Origin: Lama guanicoe
Taxonomy: Eukaryota
Assembly (NCBI GenBank): GCA_013239625.1
Contig: MU053652.1
Coordinates: 2,172,001 to 2,236,000, forward strand
DNA: 64,000 nt
Reading direction: 5' to 3'
In this document: positions 25,561 to 38,104 of the stretch, piece after piece
Position numbering within the stretch: the first letter of the stretch is position 1
Layout: each line of letters opens with the position of its first letter
Program-made: the position numbers and the translations under genes
Notes under the pieces: model-generated
What the model was told of the DNA's origin: nothing
Seen by the model: only the letters and a program-made list of their open reading frames with translations
Database searches by the model: none

Positions 25561-26713
25561 ACACTGCTCTCAGACTCACTCATGTGTTGTCAGTCAGAGG
25601 CATTTTCTCTTCAAGGCTACCAGCCGAGGTGGGCACTGACACTCTCAGGGGCGGGGCTGAAGGCAGGGGGATCAACTGCTCCATCTGCTTCACCAGCCCC
25701 TTTCCACTGGTCCAGGGAATCTGTGGAGCTGGATCACAGCAGCTGGGAATGCCCTCAGGGTCTGCCTCAAATGCTGGAGGTGACTTTCCACCATCGATTT
25801 GGAGCTGGTGGGGTGAGAGTCAGGATGAAAGAGGGAGGGAGAGAGATGGGCAGAGGGAGGCAAAGAAGCAGGGTGAGCCCAGCAAGCAGATGCTGTTTGG
25901 GTTTTTTTAATCAGCGGGGACCCAGAACACGCCAGCAGATCCTGCCACACCACATCCCGACCAGCCAGGGCTCCACTCCCTTTGGTGGGAGGATCTGGAG
26001 CACGACTGTCCGCAGGTGCTCCTCACCAATTCAGCGCTCACTTATCCAAAATCCTCAGCCACATGGAGAACCTCCAAGAGCCAGGTTTGGAGCTGGCAAA
26101 GCCTCCCAGGGAGGAAAGTACGGAGGTTTAAATAGGTGAAGACATAAAGCTGAGAACTCCAGGCGCTCAGCTGGAGCTGTGTTTCAACAGTGCAAAAACA
26201 TCTTAAGCCACTTGACTGCATCTTAGCTCTTCAGATATTTTATGCATTAAATAACAGCTAGAGCTTAATGAAAGCTAGTTACATAAATTTGGGGAAAACA
26301 GCAACAAAAGCACTTCTTATAACACAAGACATCAGCTCCTTTATTGTTTCATTGCTCTTGGTATGAAAGCAAGTTACTGAAATCAAGTACTTCACAGGGC
26401 TACATAATTTTGGTATTTTTCACCTTACCATCAGGGGTACTGACCCCAAAGATCATTTCCATTAACAAAGAACAATCTATCGCCCATATCCTTTATCCCC
26501 CCAATCTCTTTTACTGATTTAACACTCGTCAACTGATAGGATGCATCGCTCACCTTTATCCACAGCTCTGGAAAACACACATGCTGCAAAAATTACACAC
26601 ATGCCACTAGACTCTAGACTCTAGACTCATGAAAGTACCACTAAGGAAGTCAAAGGAGGCTTTGTACAAATGCCATCAAGTCCAAGGAGATGTACTAATA
26701 CATGGGGTTGGGG

Positions 26714-27050
26714 GAGCAGTACAGCGTTATAACTAAAACCCATGATGTGGAGCTGCACTGCTCAAACCCTGGTTCTAACACTCAGTGTTTGTGTTTGAAC
26801 AGCCTAAGCATCTTAAGCCGCTTGACTTCATCCCAGCTCTTCAAATATTGTATGTACCAGAGAACAGCCAGATTTTAGTGAAAGTTGTGAACCTGGGACA
26901 AGCATCTAACCCAGGCCTCAGTTTTCCTCATCCACAAAATGGGGGTGGTAATGGTATCGACCAGAACGAAATGTAGGGATGTTAAAATGAACCAATCATT
27001 GTGCAGCACTTGGCACAGAAACCACTTGATAAAAGCAAGTTATCATTATT
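26714..27050 (+). mobile_element. MIR SINE interrupted by a ~95-bp insert at 26790-26884
   Basis: 5' part ...ctcaaaccctggttctaacactc; resumes tgtgaacctgggacaag...gcctcagttttcctcatccacaaaatggggg. Confidence 0.8.
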
Positions 27051-28489
27051 GGATTTTTGTTATGATAAAAAAAACTATTGAAAATAATTTGGCTAATCAG
27101 TTAGGATTGCAAATGTTTGTTATTATAGTGAAATCTATGACCAAGGTCAGAAACTAGGCATAGTCATAAATGTAATAAAACTGGCTTCTGCCCCTAAACC
27201 TCCCGGGACATCATTCGACAAGAGCTGCCTCAATCACTCACTCAGTCTGGGCCCTGCCCCATCCCTCTTAGTGAAGTGGGTTAGACTACACACTCTCTAA
27301 GGGCCCTTCCATCTCTGACGTTGTGTCCACTGTCGGGGGTGGGTTGCAGGGAGGATCTACACAGCTGCACTTGGGAGGGGGGAAAACTCTGCTTGTAATT
27401 GATCGTCTTACCGCTGGCTGGCTAATGTTCTTCTAATTCACACTCTCCCCTCCTGCACAAGGCTGCCCTAATTTCCCCTAATGGGAGCTGAGACGATGGG
27501 ATGAGGACCCCATCGCCCCCTCACATATGTGCACAGACACACACGCACACACACCTCCTCTTGTGCCTAATGCCTCCATTGCAAAGGGCAGGATGATCTA
27601 AGTCTGCTCTCGGGGCACTGTCTGCATCAACTGGCGCATCCAATAGAAGATGCTGTTAACCCTCCCACAAATGGTCTGGGATGGGAACAGCTGGATTCCT
27701 GGCAGGAGAAGGAAGAAGAGAGAAAGCAGACCTACTCCACCCCACTCCCACCCCATTGGAGCTGTTCTCTTGCTGCGCTTTCTCCAACTCAGGCACTTAG
27801 ACCAAATTCAGGTGGATGCTGGGGCCCAGCTGGAATGGAGGCAGGGAAGCCCTGTGCTGCCTTGTCTCCCTGAGAGATGAGCTGCTCACTCAGGAAGGGA
27901 GATCCAGGGAACTGCGCTTGGCATATGAATCCTGAACTCTGGCTCACTGTCATTTCAAGCAGTCTCCCTGGGCCTCAGTTTGCCTCGCTGGGCCTCATGC
28001 CGGTGCTCAGGCCCTCCCACTGGGCGATCAGAATTGAGATAACATACAGGAAGTGTAAAAATGGTTCAGAGAACCAGTCCCAAACCTCCAGGTGAGGAGA
28101 TCAGAACCTGCCATTTCAAAGCAGTAGCACCCAGGGCTAATCTGCCACATTCAGTTACAGGATTTGAAGACAGTGGCCTCCTCGGGGCACTCTGCCTGCC
28201 CCACTGTTCCTCCGGGGCTCCCTTGGATGGAAATTCAAGCCTCTTCCTCCAAGCCTGCAAAAAGCTCATGAGTATCTCCTTCCCGTCCTGCACTTGCTGA
28301 GTCCCCTGCTCCCCCACTTCCTACCCACCAGGAGCCCCACAGAGATGGAGGTGAAGGCAAGGGGGCTCTCCTACAGGGGCGGCAAATCGCCCGTTCTGTT
28401 GCCTTGCTTGATAAACAAGCACCATGAGTTTGTTTCCCTGCATCCAGCACAGCCTCTGGGAGCAGGGCCCTCAGAGTCTCCCACCCAGC

Positions 28490-28690
28490 AGTGAGAATCA
28501 GGCGCGGGTCCTGAGTCTGGGGCTGCCCCGTGACCTGGGGTAAATCATGACTCCTTCTCTACTTTAGTTCCCACATCTGTAAAATATGGACAAGAATCTC
28601 TATCCTGCCTAATTCCAAGGGATGTTTTAAGAAGAAAAATGAAGGCACTTTGGGTGGGAAGTTATTATTTAAATGTAAGTTATCTATATA
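28490..28690 (+). mobile_element. MIR SINE
   Basis: gtgacctggggtaaatca...ttagttcccacatctgtaaaatatgga...aagggatgttttaag. Confidence 0.7.
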
Positions 28691-29283
28691 GGTTTTATAA
28701 CTCGCTTTTACTGCTTTTGTGTGTAATTACTTTGGAGTGAGGAGACCTCTTTAGGGGTTCCATTATCCTATTGGAAATTAATGAGCCAGAGAAAAGTAGT
28801 AGTAAGACTGGGGAAAAAAACAAAACAAAACCCTCCTCTGGAACCTGGAAACCTAGTCTTCCTGCCTCCTCTGGACACGGTTCTTCCTTTCTTGGATGCT
28901 ACCTTCATCCTAGGAGGGGTAAAGGTATGCGGGGGTCATATACTGCCCAAAGAGTCCCTGGAGGACTTGCCCTCCTCTCTCTCACAGAACTCTGGCCACT
29001 GGTCCAGAGCTTGAACAAAAAGCTAAGAAAATAAGAATGTCTAAGGTCAAGTCTCCGCCCCCAGGTCTTAGGCATCCCCTGAGAGAGCGAGGTCGAGGCG
29101 GGGGTTAAAATGCTACACTCTTCTGAGCTGTGAGCCACACGTCTCTCAAGCTAAGAGGAACTTTATGATGATCATGATGACGAGCCACTCTCACGGCCAT
29201 CACTTATTGAACAGCTCGCCTGACCTGTTTTCATGATAAGCTTTACAACCTCCTTGCAAGATTGATGGTATCATCAGTCAGAG

Positions 29284-29451
29284 CAGCAGCTCTCACACAG
29301 GCATGGGCCAGAAGCACCTGGAGGGCTTTGGGACCCAGACTGCTGGGCTCCACCCTGAGTTTATCAATCAGTTGGTCTAGGGTAGGGCCCAAGAATTTGT
29401 GTTTCTAACAAATTATCAGGTGGTGCTGATTTTGCTGCTTGAGAACCACAT
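29284..29451. mobile_element. MER5A (hAT-Charlie), apparently inserted in an antisense MIR
   Basis: cagaagcacctggagggctt...cagactgctgggctccaccc...gggcccaagaatttgtgtttctaacaa...ttgagaaccac. Confidence 0.85.
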
Positions 29452-31369
29452 TCAGATGTTCATAAGAGACTCTATTCAAATGAAGTCATCTACCCAGAGT
29501 CATCCACACAATTTAAGAATAGCTGCACTGAGACTCAAACCTAAGTCTGCTGATGCCAAATCTTGCACCAGTTCCTTGCTGTCTCATTGTCTCTCGGGGC
29601 TGAATCAGCGTAGGGGAATTGTGCAGGCTGGCCCTGAAGTTATCCAGTGTCTAAAGTCTTCTGAAGAAGGTCCGAGGACAGGGCAAGGGAAGGAGGCAGA
29701 ACCACATGTGTGAAACTTGGAAGAGACCTGGGGGCCACTTGGGCCAAATTCTGCAGACAGGAGAGGTTTTCAGAAGTCATCTGAGATGCTTTATTTCCAT
29801 GCCCAGTTCCATCACTCGCCGGATGTGGTCCTCACAGAGACTGTGTCTGAGCTCCCAAGCCCAGTGGTCACCCCATAAACCTGCTGTGATGTCGACCTTT
29901 AAAACCCAGGCCACCACCACACGACAGAATGCAAACTGCAGTGAGGTCAGTCCAACTAAGGATGGCTGTGACTCAATTTCCTTGTTTATTAGAGAAAAGA
30001 ATGATTCCTGTCACCTCAAGGCCCCAGCACAACTGTGTACACAAGTGGCACTGAAAACAGCCCCCCAGTGCTGGCAGCTCGTTCGCAAAGGGTGTTCTGT
30101 AAACAGCAGCCAACATCACCGTATCGGTGGTGGGGAGTGCTCTGTGAACTGGAAGGTTTGCAAAGCACTTTCCAAATGCGCTCCTCATTGCGGATGTTGG
30201 CACAAGCTTTAAAAGCTTTCTGGATGGAAGCATTTCCTGTAGATTTTAACTCAGTCCTCTCCCCTAAAAAATTTCATTAAAAGAAAATAAAATGACAATT
30301 TTGCTTACTGGCTCTCCCTTGTCGACAGCTCCAACCCCTGGTCCCAGCACCCCTATACTTGCCACCCCCAGAGATCATGTCAAGCGTTCATTAAAAGCAA
30401 ATTGGGTTTGTAAAAGATAGTGAGACATCTGCATATGCTGTTGTTTTATCATTACAATTAGGCAAATTGGCTTCTAAAACAAATGCCAAATCATTTCAGG
30501 AGGATTTATAGTCACCATAAGACAACAGTGCAGGGCAGGCCCTGGACAGGTGGGCTGCACCCCAGTGCATCACCCAGCAAAGATACTGGAAAGGGAGCAC
30601 AAAGGGGAATTTTGACAGCAGCACCTCTGCTCTGTCCTCGTTGCGTTCACAGTCCCTGTGACTCTGTGTGAAGTGATTCCTGGCTCTTAGAACTCAACCT
30701 TTAGAGAAGGTAGGACCCTTTCTTTCATCTGTGTCCTGGGATCCTTCAAACCTCACTCAGAAGGGAAGCACCTATTCACTCTACCCGTGGGAGGCAGCAG
30801 CCTGCCACTAAACCCTGGGCGGCAGGCATCTCTCTTCATTCTGCCCCACAGAAGCTTTCAAAACTCCAAAGGCAGTTTTCAGAGCCCATTACATAGACAG
30901 AAGGGGTCAGTGATCGTTATCAATAAGCGCCTGCTCAATGTCTTTTACGTTTATTATTCCCTTAAACAGCTGATATTCCCTTACAAAAAGGAGTGCCTTC
31001 TCAAATCAGACAGTGAGATCTGTGTCATCCGTTGCAGTCCCCTTTTTTGCCATGGCTGCCAGTCATCTCAAAACTAAATTTAATATTCAATTGCAGTCAC
31101 TCAGGTAGCCTAGGTTTTTTAGTATAATTACCTCCATTCCTTCTTCTATCTGGTTTTGAGCTTTTATTTTATGTCTTATTGAACACATGCCAGGCTCAGA
31201 GCTAACATCAACCCTCCACTTCAGCAGGGATGGAAAGGAGCTTACAATGTTTTAGGGAGCTGGAAATGGCCCAAATTCATGAACGAGCTGCACCATAGAC
31301 CAATATTCCTAATCAGGGTTCTTACGGTGTCAGAATGAGCCCAAAAGGAAAGTGGAAAGAGAACTCTGA

Positions 31370-31600
31370 TTCTATTTATTGAGTGACCTCTCTGTCCCAG
31401 TCACCTTAAATATCTTATTTCATTTAATCTTCACTAAGACCCTATGAAATTGGTTCAGTCAGTTTCTATCACCCTCAGTCACCTCATCTGTAATCTGGGA
31501 ACAGGCTGCTTCTTCAAGTTCTCATGGTTAATTAATGGAGCCAAGATTAGATTCAAGATATATCTGACTTCAGAGCACACACCAGCCTCGGCTACACAGT
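31370..31600 (-). mobile_element. MIR SINE
   Basis: tatttattgagtg...ttcatttaatcttcac...ccctatgaa...ggagccaagattagattcaag. Confidence 0.65.
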
Positions 31601-31744
31601 GCTTTTGTGTAAAACAGAGCAGGGCATACCTCTAGGAGGACAAAGTCCTACAGTGACAGGGATACCGTCTCCCTGTGACTAGTGTATAAGCAATAGAAAG
31701 GGCCAGGTTAGAAATCCTCTACCTACTTCTCAGATACAGCCCAA

Positions 31745-32145
31745 GACAGGCAGAAGCTGCCAATTCTCACCGAGATTTCTCTTTCTCTTTTGGAGACACA
31801 ATGTTGGACCGTATTTCCCAGTTCCCAGGCACGTGACCACTCTTGTTGCATGAAATGAAGGCAGGCATTATGTACATCACTTCCTGGCTGGACCAGTAAA
31901 CGCTAAGCAGTAGTCAACGCTCCCTCCCTGTCCACTGGCTGAACGGAACACATTGAGGACAAGGGAAGGACGAAACCAAGACTGTGAAGGAGTCCTGAGA
32001 CCCAGAATGACTTTGTGGAGCTGAGCCCACTCCATCTCCTTCAAACTGCATTGGACTGTGACATGAATAAGAACTAGAATTTTATTGTGTCTAGGCCCCT
32101 GAATTGGGGGGTTATTTGCTAAGGTACTTGACTTACCCTACTGCA
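31745..32145 (+). mobile_element. Old MaLR solo LTR (MLT1I/J-like)
   Basis: tatttcccagt...gaatgactttgtggagc...tggactgtgacatgaataagaa...ttattgtgtctaggcccctgaattggggggttatttg. Confidence 0.75.
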
Positions 32146-32661
32146 AGCCTGTCTTGCTTCCTTTTAACAGGATTACCTGAAAAGGCTCCCATGACCTAAG
32201 TTTAAAAAGTCAATAAGGTTCTGATTCAAGGGGATGGAGGCTGTGGGAAGGGGATTCCATTTCCTTGTGCCTCTAAGTAAAATTGTCCACAAATCACCCC
32301 TACTTGAAGCCCGACCTTCAAGAACATTTCAAGTTAATCTCGCCTTCTGCCCAGAGCTTCAGTCGTACCTATGAGTCATAGAACTACAGGGTGTTCAAGT
32401 TGAAAGGCACCTCTGAGATAATTATTACAAATTTTGAAGACAGGAGAATGAAGGCCAAGATGTGTGGCTTGCCTGGGGTCTCAAGGGCAGAGGCTAAAAC
32501 CCAAGGCTGGTGACTCCAGATCCAAGGCTTCTGGTCTCCCTGGACAGATGGAAGCCAGGTTCAGGCAGCTGAACAGATGAAATCAGCCCAGCCCTGCCTA
32601 TAAACCCTCCTAGGAGAGCAAGCAGTGTTCAAAGGAAGGCTGCTCTGTAGACGGAGGCCGC

Positions 32662-32680
32662 TGGCGCCCTCCACTGGACA
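32662..32680 (-). promoter_or_regulatory. Candidate CTCF motif
   Basis: Reverse complement tgtccagtggagggcgcca versus consensus CCASYAGRKGGCGC: one core mismatch, CpG retained. Confidence 0.4.
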
Positions 32681-34389
32681 GACTTGCTATGTCCTCCACC
32701 CCAGGCCACATCCAAATGCTCCGATTTCTAACAAAGAGTGATGGGAGCCACAGCAGCGCTCTCTAGGTGTCCATGGTCACAGTCAGTGCCTGTGTTAAAA
32801 CTCCTATGAAACTGTGAGCTATTCCCTGGCAGCTCCCCATGTTTTCCAGTGGATCCTGCCTCCCATACAAACGTAGTATCACATCAGGCAGGGACACCTG
32901 AGTCTCCTTCTCTTTCACGCCAAGAGCAGGGAGCACAGCTTTCCGAATTACAGCATCCCCTCTTCCTCCTTCGAGTTCACTGCTGCTGTGAAAATAGAGA
33001 ATATCCTCCCTCTAAGGTCCCTATTTCCTTTAAAAAATTTTTAATCTCCAGTTCTCCATGAATTAGCATTGGTCCTCTCTAATTGTGTTTGTGGCAGCAT
33101 CAGAATAGGAAAGAAAGAAATCCAATTGAAAAAGAGGCCATGAAAGCTTCCATCTAATTGATCCCCAAGTGGAAAATGAGAAGCGGGACCCAGAGGCCAG
33201 TGGGCTCATTCCAGCCTCTCTGCAGGCTGCTTTGAACAAAAGCTTGCTATGGACAGAGTGTGGTCTGGCAGTGGCCAGCGTGCTGAATAGGGAACCAGTG
33301 AGCAACTGTTCTCTATTCAAAAGGCAGTTTTCTCAGAGATGGTGAGAAGGCTTTGCCTGACACTGAGCCTCAATATCTCCAGTTCTTTCAAGCAAATGAT
33401 GAAATAATCGTGGAAAGTCAGAGATGACATTTAATCTCACCAGTTCACTCTGCAGAGGCACAAACCCAGGCCCAGAGAAGGACAGGACTTGCCTAAAATC
33501 ACCCAGCTGAGAAGGGGCAGGGGTGCTTGGCCTGCCTCCTTTTCCTTACACAGGAAATGCAGCTCTCCGCCTGCCTGGGCGCAGTCCTATCCATCTCCAG
33601 AGGGACAGAACAAGCAACATTTTGGAGCACTTCAGTCGCAAGATTTTAGGAATCAGGAGTTTGGGTGTACGTTGAACATGTGCAAAGGGGCTGACTCTGG
33701 ATGTCCTGGATGCCTGGAGGTGTAAGTCAGGGGACTCCAGGTTCTAGACAAATGTACCATTAATGCCCTTTGTAGGTAACGAGCCTGGCCACCCTACTCC
33801 GTAGGATTATCATGAAGAGTTAATGAAATAATATAATCCAAAATTTTATTTTACTTATTTTCTAGAGAGGAGACCCTTAGAGGGCATCTCACCCAAATAC
33901 TTTTTTTTCTTTCAGTACCATTTTAGAAAAGCAGAACTCAGAGGAGATAAATGGAATGAACTCTGCTCTCTAAGCCAGCTTGGCCCTTGAGTAGCAAGCC
34001 CCAGGCCTTGGGGAGCACACAGGAAGCTGAACACCCACAGACCCCAGGACACTCAAAGCATAAAAGGAGTCTGAGTGCCCAGACAAAGGGGAGTGGGCAT
34101 CTGGGCTGCTCGGGGTGGGGGGTTTTCCTTGCCTGTGGTTCTGCCATGTATTTACCCAAAGCTTCCTCCTGTGCCGATCCCTCCCCTAAATTGCAGGCAT
34201 TTGCGTAAAGCCTTAGTGGTCACTCTAAGATCTACCACCAAGAACTGTTCACAGACTCCCTGCTTAGAACCATCTGGGGAGTATTTGGCAGATTTCAAGG
34301 CTTTATACCAAGCCCACTGAATCAAATCTTCAGGAGAAAGGCCCAAGAAATTATGCACATTTATTCATCCTAAACCAATAGCTTCTTTG

Positions 34390-35060
34390 CATTTAAAATG
34401 AAATAAAATAAAATCCAAATGCCTTAGTCTCACCTGCAGGGCCCCATGGGAGCACCCTACCCTCACCTCTCTCCACTGCCCTGACCCCCATTGTAGACAC
34501 ACTGGCCTGCTCTGTGTTCCTCACGCCAAACTCTTTCCTGCCTCAGGGCCTTGGCACTTATTTTTTTCTCTGCCTAGAGCAATTCTCTTCCTGATCCATT
34601 CACGGCTGGCTCCTCTTCATTATTTATAAAATGACTGTTTGTTCGAGTATCATCCTCTTCATTATCTAGGTCCCAGGCAGCTCCTTCAGGGATACCTGAC
34701 TCCACTATCCCATCTAAGACTGCATCCCACCCACCAGGGCCTTTCATGTCATCAGAATGCCTTGAACCCAGGATCCCTGTCTTGTTCCCTTCTGTATTCC
34801 CAGCAATGAGAACATCTAACATGTCATAGGTACCCAATAAATATTTGTTGAAAGACTGAACAAATGACGTTACCCTGTCTTGTTCTAAGACTCTCTTCGT
34901 TGTGTATCCATAATTATCCACCCATCACCCACCTCCCCAACTAGAATGAGAGTTCCCTGAGAGCAGGCACCTGTCTGTCTTGCCCCACCACATCCTCAGT
35001 GCCTAGAACAGCATCTGACCCATTACAGGTGCTCAATAAAGAGATGCCAAATGAATGTTG
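34390..35060 (+). mobile_element. L2 3' region with two 3'-end segments
   Basis: cctgcctcagggccttggcactt...caataaatatttgttgaa; then actagaatgagagttccctgagagcagg...cagtgcctagaacag...ggtgctcaataaa. Confidence 0.8.
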
Positions 35061-35872
35061 GAGAATCCTTGAGCTGGGACTTCCTTTTGGGCTGGGGACA
35101 AGGTGACTGTCTCAATCCACAAGCATATCTCCCTCTAGTCATGTGCAAGAAGCTGGGTAACCTTTTAAAAGTATAAAACATGTACCTTCCCCCCAAAACT
35201 GCCCACAGATTCATGGGAGAGATAGAGGCATGAACAAATCATTGCAGGTGCCTTAAAAAGGTGTGAGCAAGATGTTTTGGAGGTACAAAGCAAGAAGCCA
35301 CCTCTAATTTGAGACCAAGAAGTCTTCAGAGAGGATGTGATGTTTGAATCTGGCCTTAAAGTAAAGGGTGAAGATGAAGATGAAACGGGATGGGGGTGGA
35401 GGGCGGACATGGAAAAAGACATTCAAAGAAGGAATGGTTCAAAGGCAAATGCATGTTGAAGAAAGAGTGCAATTAGTGGGGAGTGTAGAGGGGATGAGGC
35501 TAGAATTTCTGGTCGAAGACAGGTCATGCCAGGAAGTTTAATTCTGGTCTGTAGGTCAATAGTTCCCAAACTCTCTAAGTGGGAACAATCTCTCCCCATT
35601 TTAAAGGCTCTTTGTAAACAAGCTGTAGGAAGATCAAGTATTCATTCATACAGAATAAAGAAAACTTCAAAGTCCAAACAACTATTAAGTCCATATTTGT
35701 ACTCCAGAAACATGAACCAAAGATCAGCAATCACAATTTTAAAAAGCCAATAATTTCTGTGTCTCACTGGCCATGATTTGATAAGTGTATTTTTTAAGTT
35801 GCTTGATTAGAAAACATGAGAAATGTGTAACGATATGACATACATAGAGCTTTTAAAATGAAATTGTTTTGT

Positions 35873-35993
35873 GGGGAGGGTATAACTCAAGTGGTAGAGC
35901 ACATGCTTAGCACGCATGAGGTCCTGGGTTCAATCCCCAGTACCTCTTTCAAAAAAAATAATAAATAAACCTAATTCCTCCACCCCCAAAAAA
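35873..35993 (+). mobile_element. tRNA-derived camelid-type SINE (Vic-like)
   Basis: ggggagggtataactcaagtggtagagcacatgcttagcacgcatgaggtcctgggttcaatccccagtacctc has Pol III A and B boxes in a tRNA-Ala-like head, followed by an A-rich region and aaacctaatt...cccc tail. Confidence 0.85.
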
Positions 35994-36129
35994 CCACATG
36001 GAGTCACCTAGAGAGCTATTTAAAAAAAATCGGTGCTTAGGACTGCCTCCAGGGATTCCAATTTTAAATGATTTCTTTTGTATTGTATGGATGGCCACAG
36101 AATTTACCTGTATTAAAAATGACACACAT

Positions 36130-36183
36130 AGAAACTAACACAACATTGTAAATGAACTATACTTCAATTTTTCAAAAAAAAGA
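36130..36183 (+). mobile_element. Extremely 5'-truncated L1 (~54 bp) with a perfect 15-bp TSD
   Basis: agaaactaacacaacattgtaaatgaactatacttcaa plus A-tail; TSD aaaaatgacacacat at 36115-36129 and 36184-36198. Confidence 0.92.
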
Positions 36184-36689
36184 AAAAATGACACACATGT
36201 CTGCTGGATGCACTGACAGAGCACGGAGCACTCGTGGGTTACCAAGCCCCAGCTCTCCAGGGCATCTTCTGCAGATCAGGAACCACTGCTAAAGGTAATG
36301 AGAAGCCACAGAAGAATGGTGAGCAGGAGCTTGTTTTGATGGGATTTGGGTGTTAGGAAGTTAAGCAGCAGTTAACTTGCGGATGGGAGAAGGGTACTCG
36401 GTGGTGCAAGGACAGAGCTGTGGTCATCTACAAAAGACACAATTTTATGAACAGAGGCAAGGCTCTCACCCCCCCCTTTCTCCACACCCTATCCCAGCTC
36501 TGAAAAACGACTAACAAGTGACGGCACATAGGTAAAAGGGAACCCCGATCACCAGAAAGGGAGAAGATCTTAAATGATTCGCGTGCAGTCCCATGGGCTG
36601 AGCCCCACACTCTTGCAAGCACCCAGACTTCGGTGAATCTCCTTCCAGAGGTTCCCTGGGTGTATGAGGATCACACTGCCGTGCTTCCT

Positions 36690-36990
36690 TTGGCTTCCCA
36701 CTCTATTTTTCATACTGCTGTCATAAAACATTTTTTGAAAACCACGATTTTTAGTTGTCACATAATATTCCACTCTAGGAATGTCCCATAATTTACCACA
36801 CTCCCATTGTCGGACGCTTAGAGAGTCTGCAATATTTCACTATTACAAACAGCCCTGCGACACACATCCTCGCACATAAATCTCTGTGCTCATCTCTGAT
36901 TATTTCCTTGGGGCAGATTCTGAGGCATGTGATCGCTGGAATGTTTGCCATTTTGATGGACCTCACGTCACACTGCTCCCCTCTGCCTGG
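36690..36990 (-). mobile_element. Ancient L1 (L1ME-like) fragment
   Basis: cataatattccact...cataattta...caatatttcactattacaaacagccctgc...tgattatttccttggggcagattc. Confidence 0.7.
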
Positions 36991-37339
36991 TGTTTTAGTG
37001 GCAAAAGATAAATACCCAAGAAGAGATGCATGTAGGAAAAAAAAAGAAGAAGCTCTAAGTGAGCGCCAGCTGATGCATCCCAGCAAAAAGGAGAGACTTC
37101 CCAAAGCTAATCTGGGTGACGGGCAAGGTTATTTATTTATTCATGACACCTACCCGACCCCTTCTGTCCAAAGGGGACTGACCTAGAAGAAGAAGAACTA
37201 ATATGTCACATGAAAATGTCAGAGAGAGTGGGGAAGAGGAGGCTGCCAATGGTGCAGTGACTTAGCTGCCCAAGACAAGAGGAGAATGACAATGGAGGGG
37301 TAGTAAGAGGGCTTCCCATTGTCTGTTCCCCAGGCCACA

Positions 37340-37599
37340 AGAACTGCCAGATAAAAGACAGGATGCCCGGGGAAATCTGAATTTCCAGTAAATGACAAAT
37401 AATTATTTTAATAAGTGTGTCTCATGAAATATTTGGGACATACTATCCATATATATGTATACATATACATACACATACACACACACATAAACACACACAC
37501 ACGCATACACACACATACACATACACACACACATATATCGCTCTGAAATTCTAACAGAACAGGCAAGCTAGACTTTCACTGGCTAAGTCAGGCAGCCCT
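37340..37599. mobile_element. MER53 palindromic hAT relic with an internal (CA/TA)n expansion
   Basis: tgccagataaaagacaggatgccc...tgaatttc...aatatttgggacatact...ctgaaattc...ggcagccct. Confidence 0.75.
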
Positions 37600-38078
37600 C
37601 CCTACCTGCTGCACCGTATGACACAGGAGCTCTTAAGAGAGGAGCAGCAACCACACCATTTGGAGGGGGCGAACGTGAATTGAGGGGCGCAGACTCGATG
37701 CCCAGGAAACTGAGAGCACTAGTTAAAGGAGGCCGGGCTGTAGCTTTTGAGCAATGAGGGGATTGATGGAGGATTTCAGCTCAAGGATTCCCGCCCTTTA
37801 GAAAGCCACAGAGAGGTCCAGAGACATGGAGGTGGCACTGGCTGCAGGCTCTTTGGGGCGCAGGGCTCTGGGTGGGCACTGGGACCACCGGGCAAAGAGC
37901 GCCCATGACTGTGGGGAAGGAAGGCTGGGCCCATTGCTGTTTTTCCAGGAGAAACACCAGGGAGGCAGCTGAAAACAGGCTGATGCTACAGACCCTGAAA
38001 ATCAGTCCTCTCCCTGACCTCACTTCTGCCAGCAAGCTGCTTTATTTAAGGAAGAAGGGGAAGAAGGCTCTCTCTAAA

Positions 38079-38104
38079 CACACACACACACACACACACA
38101 CACA
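38079..38104. repeat. (CA)13 microsatellite
   Basis: Directly visible. Confidence 0.95.

Larger units (their letters stand above)
35557..36288. mobile_element. hAT-Charlie-type DNA transposon relic with 8-bp TSD
   Basis: Termini caatagttcccaaact...ggaaccactg resemble the CAGTGGTTC TIR; flanked by ctgtaggt (35549-35556) and ctaaaggt (36289-36296). Confidence 0.65.
35190..36420 (-). mobile_element. L2 fragment hosting a nested hAT element
   Basis: agaagtcttcagagaggatgtgatgtttgaatctggccttaaag...ggaagtttaattctggtctgtaggt; resumes aatgagaagccacagaag. Confidence 0.6.

Noticed and set aside
25582..26139. 185-aa ORF and many other 60-170 aa ORFs in GC-rich stretches
   Set aside because: They show no recognisable homology, no splice-consistent exon chain and composition typical of random GC-rich DNA; many start at non-ATG codons.
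26607..26627. (CTAGACT)3 short tandem repeat
   Set aside because: An ordinary slippage product with no supporting context.
35873..35945. Possible tRNA-Ala gene
   Set aside because: It continues into a SINE-type A-rich tail and sits inside another transposon, so it is better explained as a tRNA-derived SINE.
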